A DNA stretch of 64,000 bases. Source: Pseudomonadales bacterium. Its GTDB lineage: Bacteria; Patescibacteriota; Microgenomatia; UBA1400; PJMF01. The position numbers and the translations under genes were made by a program. The notes below the pieces were generated by a model, which was given only the letters and a program-made list of their open reading frames with translations, was not told where the DNA came from and ran no database searches. The stretch covers positions 455-64,454 of the forward strand of contig JACKFW010000001.1 in assembly GCA_020632265.1 (NCBI GenBank). The letters are read 5' to 3'. How positions within the stretch are numbered: the stretch's first letter is position 1; each line of letters opens with the position of its first letter. Positions 57,819 through 64,000 of the stretch are shown in pieces.

Positions 57819-59033
57819 TCAATTCAAGCATTTTACGTGATTATTCCAACTTGTATTGACCATTTTTTCAAATTTAACTTTAAATTTATCTGTGCTTCTA
57901 CTTGCTACCTTTGATTCAATGATTTTTTTATTGAATGATGTTTTTTTGAATTTATTGAGTGCGTTTATAAGTTCTTTTTCAGTTTCCTTATGTATTATAA
58001 TTGAATCAACTCCGTCGGTGAGAAGCTCGCAAACACCACTTCTATAAAATACTATCACAGGTTTGCCAAAAATACTTGCTTCAAGTCCCGTAATTCCAAA
58101 ATCTTCTTCACCTGGCATAAGCAAAGCATCACAGTTTGTGAGTAGATAATTAACATCATTTTCAGGCAAGTTATTCGTGAAAATTATAGTTTTATTTTTA
58201 TTTAATGCTCTTTTTAACAGCTTTGGAATTGGTTCATTTTTTCTTCTTTCTATGAAATTATTCATAGATATTTTTCTTAATTCATTTCCTTGAATTCCCT
58301 CTCCGACAATTATCAGTCTGTTATTTGTAGCTAGGGTTGCTTTAATACTTAAATCAACTTTTTTATAATCAACCAGCCTTGAAATACTTAGGAAAAATGG
58401 TGAAATTGATTCCTTTTTGGTTGGAACTCTTAATTTTGTGTTTATAGGTGGATAAATTATTTGATCAACAAATTTAATTGGATAGTATTTATTTATTCTA
58501 GCTTCAACTAACGATGAAATTGCAATAATCTTATCAGGTCTAAAAATTGCAGCTTGGTCCCACCATTTTAGGTATTTTAGAATTATATTAGCGCAATTGT
58601 GAATTAACGGCAGTCTTAAAATTAGTTTTGATTTTAAATATGATTTTTTATGCGAATAAAGATATCTAGTGGGTGTTAGTAAATAACAAATATGAAGTTG
58701 ATGAGGTTTTGTAATTATTCCTTTTGCTTCAGCACTTGTTATTGAAATAATGATATCAAAATCATCAAGATTTAGACTTTCAAATGCCATAGGCATTAAA
58801 TAGGTAATTAATTGGTGATGATTCCTGAAAAATTTTATTTTTTGTAAAAATGAGGGTATTACATCAAAGGATTGAGCCCAATGAGCTTTCTTTTTTGAAA
58901 AAACAGAAGTAAATAATGGTGCCTTTGGATAAATTTCACCAATCGCTTGCAACAGATGCTCGGCTCCACCATAGGGAGTATTTACCCGATCATAAACTAA
59001 TGCTACTTTCGGACTAGATATTTTTTTTGGCAT
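57819..59033 (-). CDS. Glycosyltransferase family 4 (GT-B)
   Basis: 404 aa with a GT4 C-terminal domain and a conserved E (EDFGITGLEASIFGKPVIV). Confidence 0.7.
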   Translation of the reverse strand: MPKKISSPKVALVYDRVNTPYGGAEHLLQAIGEIYPKAPLFTSVFSKKKAHWAQSFDVIPSFLQKIKFFRNHHQLITYLMPMAFESLNLDDFDIIISITSAEAKGIITKPHQLHICYLLTPTRYLYSHKKSYLKSKLILRLPLIHNCANIILKYLKWWDQAAIFRPDKIIAISSLVEARINKYYPIKFVDQIIYPPINTKLRVPTKKESISPFFLSISRLVDYKKVDLSIKATLATNNRLIIVGEGIQGNELRKISMNNFIERRKNEPIPKLLKRALNKNKTIIFTNNLPENDVNYLLTNCDALLMPGEEDFGITGLEASIFGKPVIVFYRSGVCELLTDGVDSIIIHKETEKELINALNKFKKTSFNKKIIESKVASRSTDKFKVKFEKMVNTSWNNHVKCLN

Positions 59034-59036
59034 TAA

Positions 59037-60158
59037 TTATTGGTTAACCACTTCTTGATATATTTGAGCAGTTTTGAGAGCCATATTTTTCCAGCTGTAA
59101 GTTTTTGCTAATAAAATTCCTTTTTTTTGTTGTTTGTAATCACTTTTTTCAAGTTCTCTTACGGCGTTTATGAATGATGATTCTGCGTGTGGGCTAAAAT
59201 AATGCGCAACATCTTGATATATTTCTTTAAAGATTGGTATATCTGAAGCAAGTAGTTTTGTACCCAATCCCATTGCTTCAACTCCAGTCAAACCAAATCC
59301 TTCAGAAAATGAAGGTTGAACTAATGCTGTTACACTTAGATATAGTTTTGCTAACTCCTCATCGTCAATAAATCCTAAAAATTTAACTCTGTCTTCAATT
59401 CGATTAAATTTCACATACTTTTCTATTTTTTCTCTAAATACGCTTCTTGATCCAACAATTATGAGTGTGTAGTCTGAAAGAATCTGCAAAGATCTTAGAA
59501 TAAGTTTGATGTTCTTATGTGGATATAGGGATCCAACATAAAGAAGAGTTTTCTTTAGTTTTTTATCTGGATAAATTTTTTTATCCCAAATTTTTCCACC
59601 TTCTTTGGTAATAATGATTTTATCATTTACTTTTGGATAAAACTTTAAAATAGTTTGTTTAATTGTATTCGCAGGTACAAAAATTCTTTTTGATTTATTT
59701 ACAGCTTGGTTTATTACTAATTTATAGAAAAAATATTTCAAAAAATATTTAATTGGGCTTAAAGTTGTGACTTCCCCTCCCTTGTGTTCATGCCAAAGTA
59801 AATCATGAATAGTAACAACAATTTTTCCGCTATAAAAAATTGGAATATTAAAATGTGGGATATGAAGTAAATCTAAATTTTCTGCATTATATATTTTTGG
59901 AAGTTCGAGTTGCTCTTGAAGGGAATAATGTTTGATAGTGGTAATAACTACTTTTACATTTTTATTTAAAAGATTTGTTTTTAATACAATTTTTGCTTGT
60001 TGGGCATCATTAAAAAACAAAACCCAATTTGTTTTTGTGTCTTTTAATAAATTACTAATTAAATTTTCGGTGTAGCGACCAATTCCAGCATGTTTCAGTC
60101 CAGAAAGTCTGCAATCAATTCCAATCTTCATGCCACCTCTTTTATTTAATACACTCAC
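59037..60158 (-). CDS. Glycosyltransferase family 1/4 (GT-B)
   Basis: 373 aa with the EGFGLTGVEAMGLGTKLLASD signature. Confidence 0.75.
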   Translation of the reverse strand: MSVLNKRGGMKIGIDCRLSGLKHAGIGRYTENLISNLLKDTKTNWVLFFNDAQQAKIVLKTNLLNKNVKVVITTIKHYSLQEQLELPKIYNAENLDLLHIPHFNIPIFYSGKIVVTIHDLLWHEHKGGEVTTLSPIKYFLKYFFYKLVINQAVNKSKRIFVPANTIKQTILKFYPKVNDKIIITKEGGKIWDKKIYPDKKLKKTLLYVGSLYPHKNIKLILRSLQILSDYTLIIVGSRSVFREKIEKYVKFNRIEDRVKFLGFIDDEELAKLYLSVTALVQPSFSEGFGLTGVEAMGLGTKLLASDIPIFKEIYQDVAHYFSPHAESSFINAVRELEKSDYKQQKKGILLAKTYSWKNMALKTAQIYQEVVNQ

Positions 60159-60214
60159 AGGGAATTTGCATCCCTGTGAGTTTAATTATAAATTAATTGT
60201 ATAGAAAAGAAAAA

Positions 60215-60691
60215 CTATTTAGTTTTTTTGGTTGATTTTCTTGAAGTAGTTTTTTTAGTTACCTTTTTGGTAGAAGACTTTTTTGATGGTTTTAAAGCTT
60301 GATCAACAATTTTTTCTAATTCTTTAAGCTCGTCATCAGAAATTTCATCATCTTTGGAACATTTACCATCTGTGCAATCTCCACAGGTGCAATCACCCGC
60401 ATATAAGCTTAATTCAATTTCCATTTTTTTTGCTTTCATTTCTCTTAGAAGGTTTCCTATCATGGCATATAGAAAGAATGCTAGGGCAATTGAATATGTT
60501 ACAAGAGGAAGATATTCAAAAATTGGTGGTGCTTCAGTTAAAAGAGTTGGGTCATAGACATATCTAATTAATAATTGAGGTACCAACATATTGGCAACAA
60601 CTGCTGCTACAAAAATTGAGATAGTTTCAACACCCTTATTAAGGTTTTTGGTTCTCAATTGTTGGACGGCGAATTGATTTTTATTGTTCAT
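60215..60691 (-). CDS. Hypothetical small membrane protein with a Cys cluster (C-x-C-G-D-C-T-D-G-K-C) and a Lys-rich tail
   Basis: 158 aa with three predicted TM helices, then CTCGDCTDGKC and a KKSSTKKVTKKTTSRKSTKKTK tail. Its 4-nt overlap with the upstream GT2 gene implies co-translation within the glycan operon. Confidence 0.4.
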   Translation of the reverse strand: MNNKNQFAVQQLRTKNLNKGVETISIFVAAVVANMLVPQLLIRYVYDPTLLTEAPPIFEYLPLVTYSIALAFFLYAMIGNLLREMKAKKMEIELSLYAGDCTCGDCTDGKCSKDDEISDDELKELEKIVDQALKPSKKSSTKKVTKKTTSRKSTKKTK

Positions 60692-61572
60692 AGTGCTCCT
60701 TTTTTGATCACAAGAATATATTTAATAATACTTCTTATAAATGACGGATAGGCGTCTTTATAATGTTTGTCATAGTATTGTAACATGGTGTCGTAAAAAT
60801 GCTTTCTTGTTTTTCTAGCAATTTGTTGAGAAGTGCTTTTTATGCCTGATTTATTTTTATGATGAATTACTTTGACGTCTGGATTATAAACGACTAAATA
60901 ACCTGCTTCGCGTACTCTTTTACACCAATCTAGATCTTCAGCATACATGAAGAATCGTTCGTCTAAAAGGCCTATTTTTGAAAGCAATTTGCCTCTGATG
61001 ATCATAGCTGCGCCCGAACAAGCATCAATGGTGTGAATACTATCAAGATTTTTGTACGTTTGGTGATATTGAGCAAATAATTTTGTTTTAGGAAAAATCT
61101 TCTCAATTCCAAACATATAAGTAAAAGAAGCCCAGATTGTTGGCTCACCTCTGTGACAGGCTGGATCTAAATCTTTATTAGTAAATTCAATTCTAGGTGT
61201 AATTACTCCTACTTTAGTTTTTTTATCTAAAAAGTCTAATAAGATGTCGAGATTAGAGTTTGAGGTAAATTCAACATCAGAATTTAATAACATGATATAT
61301 TTAGCAGTAGACGTTTTGAGAGCTGTGTTATTAGCAATTGCAAAACCAAAATTTTCTTGCAATTTAATTGGATTGACCCATTTAAATTCTCTTAAAACCA
61401 TTTTCATTGAATCATCTGTTGAGTTATTGTCTACAACGGTTACATCAATTTTCTTCTTTGTTTTATTTAAATAAAATTCCTGTAAAGTTGATAAAGTTTT
61501 TTTTAACCAGAATTGACTATTGTAATTAACAATAATGATTTCTAAATCTTTTTGTTTGTTTTTATTTTTCAT
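60688..61572 (-). CDS. Glycosyltransferase family 2 (GT-A)
   Basis: 294 aa with a GT2 N-terminus (IIIVNYNS...VVDNNSTDDS) and a DxD motif (AEDLDW). Confidence 0.8.
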   Translation of the reverse strand: MKNKNKQKDLEIIIVNYNSQFWLKKTLSTLQEFYLNKTKKKIDVTVVDNNSTDDSMKMVLREFKWVNPIKLQENFGFAIANNTALKTSTAKYIMLLNSDVEFTSNSNLDILLDFLDKKTKVGVITPRIEFTNKDLDPACHRGEPTIWASFTYMFGIEKIFPKTKLFAQYHQTYKNLDSIHTIDACSGAAMIIRGKLLSKIGLLDERFFMYAEDLDWCKRVREAGYLVVYNPDVKVIHHKNKSGIKSTSQQIARKTRKHFYDTMLQYYDKHYKDAYPSFIRSIIKYILVIKKGAL

Positions 61573-61580
61573 AGTATTAT

Positions 61581-62774
61581 TTATTTACTTCCAATTCTCT
61601 TATAAATCAAGTCTAACTTATTTGAAATTAAAGACCAATCATAATTATTTTTCACAAATTCTTTGCCAAATTTTGCCATATTTTTTCTCTTTTCTGAATT
61701 ATTTAAAAGTTCGATTGCTAAATCTGCCATACCTTCCGCAGTGTCACTTGTCATAATGTGAACCCCGTTTTTAACATTTAATCCTTCAACTGCGGTATTG
61801 GTAGCGACAATTGGAGTTCCTGAAGCCATTGCTTCAAGAACTTTATATCTAGTTCCTTTGCCACTAAAAACTGGAGCCATTAAAACATCAGCTCCTGAAA
61901 ATGCATCTCTGATGTCGGGAATTCGACCAATGACCTGAATAGATTGATCTTTTCTTTCATATTGATAAACTTGATCTGTGGGTGCATTTCCAACGATCCA
62001 AAGCCTTACATTGGGTAACTTATTTTTAACAATTGGCCAAACTTTTTTAACTAAAAATTCTACCGCCTCGACATTTGGAAGCCACTTAAAAGTGCCAACT
62101 GACAGAAGAGTCGGGAATTTATGTTCGGTTTTTTTAATTTCCTCAAACCATTTAGTATCAACTCCATTTGCCACAACTTCGATTTTTTTGGATTCTTTAA
62201 TCTCATTAGAAATGTACTTTTTATCGTCTTCACTCATGACAATTAATGTATCGCAAGCTTTCCAGTAATATTTTTCCCACCTTCTAATTTTATTGATATC
62301 AATATTTAAAATCGAGCGTAACAATGGTGAGGCTTTTTTTGCATAAGATTCATATCCCAAATATTCAATTGTTTGCTCAACTAAAATTGTTGGAATTGAG
62401 GTTTTTGGAATGTGAGGCATCATGTAAAAAGTTTCTGCATGGATAAGATCATATTTTTCTCTTTTTAATTCATCTTCTACTGCAGAAATAATTTGAGGGG
62501 CATGATTTCTGATAACTAGAAAAGGATAAGAAGAAAAAGCAGTTTTAAAAACATTTTTCATGGTAAACGGTTTACTGGATCTTTTAAAAACCTTGACGTT
62601 TTTGCAATATTTCTCTAACTCTGGGATATACTTCTTTTCATTATTGTCTTTAATTAATGAAAATAAAGTAACTTCGTGTTTATTAGCTAACTTTTTTAGC
62701 AAATTATAGGTTCTAATTTGTCCTCCAGAAAGTAAAGGAAACGGTAAATAAGGAGTAAGCATTAAAATTTTCAT
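61581..62774 (-). CDS. Glycosyltransferase family 4 (GT-B)
   Basis: 397 aa with a GT4 C-terminal motif (GKGTRYKVLEAMASGTPIVAT). Confidence 0.8.
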   Translation of the reverse strand: MKILMLTPYLPFPLLSGGQIRTYNLLKKLANKHEVTLFSLIKDNNEKKYIPELEKYCKNVKVFKRSSKPFTMKNVFKTAFSSYPFLVIRNHAPQIISAVEDELKREKYDLIHAETFYMMPHIPKTSIPTILVEQTIEYLGYESYAKKASPLLRSILNIDINKIRRWEKYYWKACDTLIVMSEDDKKYISNEIKESKKIEVVANGVDTKWFEEIKKTEHKFPTLLSVGTFKWLPNVEAVEFLVKKVWPIVKNKLPNVRLWIVGNAPTDQVYQYERKDQSIQVIGRIPDIRDAFSGADVLMAPVFSGKGTRYKVLEAMASGTPIVATNTAVEGLNVKNGVHIMTSDTAEGMADLAIELLNNSEKRKNMAKFGKEFVKNNYDWSLISNKLDLIYKRIGSK

Positions 62775-63986
62775 TTAGAGTTCCAATTCTCTTTCTTGTC
62801 TAAGGTCTAAAATCATATATTCTTGAGTTTTTTCAACAATAATATATTTTGCTTCTAATTGTTTTGCTTCATCATTCATGTTTGTGGTGACGTAATGTGT
62901 AGCGCCTTTGGAAATTTTATCATCAATTTGATCACCTATAGGCCAGCCCCATCGATTTGTTTGAAATAAAAATGCTGTATCACCAAAATATGGCGCAATT
63001 ACAATTGCATCTTTGGGAAGTAATCTATCTGCAGCAATACCTGCGTCGTAAAGTTCTGGATGATTAATATTAAAATATCCTTTAACCTGCTCATTTGAAA
63101 AATATAGCGTTAATATTATCAAAAAACTAATTAGACCCATTGAAACAAGCGCATTAATTTTCTTTGATAAAAACTTATCGAGAATGAGCACGCCATGAGC
63201 CAAAGTTATTGAAATGATTGGAGTGATTAAAATCTGATAATAGTCATGTTGAATATTGCCGGTTGCAATCACTGAAAAATAAATACCTATTCCAAGCCAC
63301 CAACTTGGAATAAAAAATTCTTTTTCTTTAAGGGAGCCTAGAAAACTAATTGGTAAAAATATTATTCCCACAAATCCAAGTATTAATTTAGTGATTCTTT
63401 CATATCCCAACCATCGGAACCAGGCAGGTCTAAACCTAATACCGTTTCCATTAAAAAGCCAATCTGAAGCAGGAATACCTGCGGGAAAATTTATGATCCA
63501 CTTTCTCCAAAGTAAAAAAGGGATAATCGAAATAAGAGCATATAAATATAATCTAAAATCCTTCAATCCTTTCCAACCTTTCTTTTCTAAAATCATTTGA
63601 ATGTATAGCGGAAAAAGGAAGATTACAAATGGCTTTAGCAAAACAGCAATAGCTAGCGAAATAACAGATAAAAGATAATGGCGATATGATGGTTTGATTA
63701 AATAATATCTCAAAGTAACCAGTGAAAATGTGGAGAAAAATAACATGGTTGGTTCTGGCAAAATTGTTCGAGAGTAGAAAACTGAGTAAGGTAAAACTGC
63801 AAAGAAAAATGAAGCAAGATAAGCAGCTTTTTTTCCGTAATAAGATTTTGTCAAAAAGAACAATGAAACAAGTGTTCCAATAGAAAAAATGATTGAAACC
63901 ATTCTACTTGTTGCTTCTAATTGTAAAGTAGAAAAACTTTTTAAGATGAATGCAACTATGATGTTATAAATTGGAAATTCAACCAT
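62775..63986 (-). CDS. GT-C fold membrane glycosyltransferase (ArnT / PMT / GT39-GT83-like)
   Basis: 403 aa with ~11 TM. The first extracytoplasmic loop has a YSRT-like motif, as in polyprenyl-phosphate-sugar-dependent transferases. It heads the glycan operon. Its true start could lie beyond the annotated ATG. Confidence 0.5.
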   Translation of the reverse strand: MVEFPIYNIIVAFILKSFSTLQLEATSRMVSIIFSIGTLVSLFFLTKSYYGKKAAYLASFFFAVLPYSVFYSRTILPEPTMLFFSTFSLVTLRYYLIKPSYRHYLLSVISLAIAVLLKPFVIFLFPLYIQMILEKKGWKGLKDFRLYLYALISIIPFLLWRKWIINFPAGIPASDWLFNGNGIRFRPAWFRWLGYERITKLILGFVGIIFLPISFLGSLKEKEFFIPSWWLGIGIYFSVIATGNIQHDYYQILITPIISITLAHGVLILDKFLSKKINALVSMGLISFLIILTLYFSNEQVKGYFNINHPELYDAGIAADRLLPKDAIVIAPYFGDTAFLFQTNRWGWPIGDQIDDKISKGATHYVTTNMNDEAKQLEAKYIIVEKTQEYMILDLRQERELEL

Positions 63987-64000
63987 GCGATATCCTTCCG

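Overview
This is a 64 kb window of low-GC, tightly packed bacterial chromosome. Most genes lie on the minus strand, with short intergenic gaps and many small overlaps. The style fits a small-genome bacterium, possibly CPR/Patescibacteria-like; that is an inference from composition and gene content only. Backbone content, left to right: an ArsR / thioredoxin-like / ArsP-like permease operon, tRNA-Glu, yraN, rplS, pyrG, dnaE, gatCAB, htpX, lemA and tRNA-Asp. A ~6 kb repeat-rich accessory island follows at the tRNA-Asp 3' side (12.9-18.7 kb). Then come parB, lepB, a small Wzx / GT2 / O-antigen-ligase locus, tRNA-Thr, a LysM protein, rplU - THUMP-methyltransferase - rpmA, a SEDS protein, ileS, a PlsC-like acyltransferase and tRNA-Gly. 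A complete dcw cluster on the minus strand runs mraZ-rsmH-ftsL-ftsI-murE-yvcK-murC-murB-murA-mraY-ftsW-murG-ftsQ-ftsA-ftsZ. The window ends with galU, glyQS, recO and a 10 kb glycan-biosynthesis locus (PGT, manC, five GT2/GT4 enzymes, a GT-C membrane transferase and a Cys-rich membrane protein). No integrase, transposase or CRISPR array is visible. The main points of interest are: (1) the tRNA-Asp island, with three tandem tRNA-3'-end copies, a repeated ~280 bp module also found inverted, genes with higher GC than the surroundings, and a 705-aa protein built only of about seven tandem death-like/EAD-type adaptor domains, four of them near-identical 318-bp DNA repeats. (2) A related tRNA-3'-end-plus-module repeat family next to tRNA-Glu. 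(3) Two T-box-like transcription-attenuation leaders, upstream of glyQS and ileS, each with an ultrashort Stem I that shows the cognate codon plus A in a hairpin loop. Non-ORF coordinates were read by hand and may be off by a few nucleotides.
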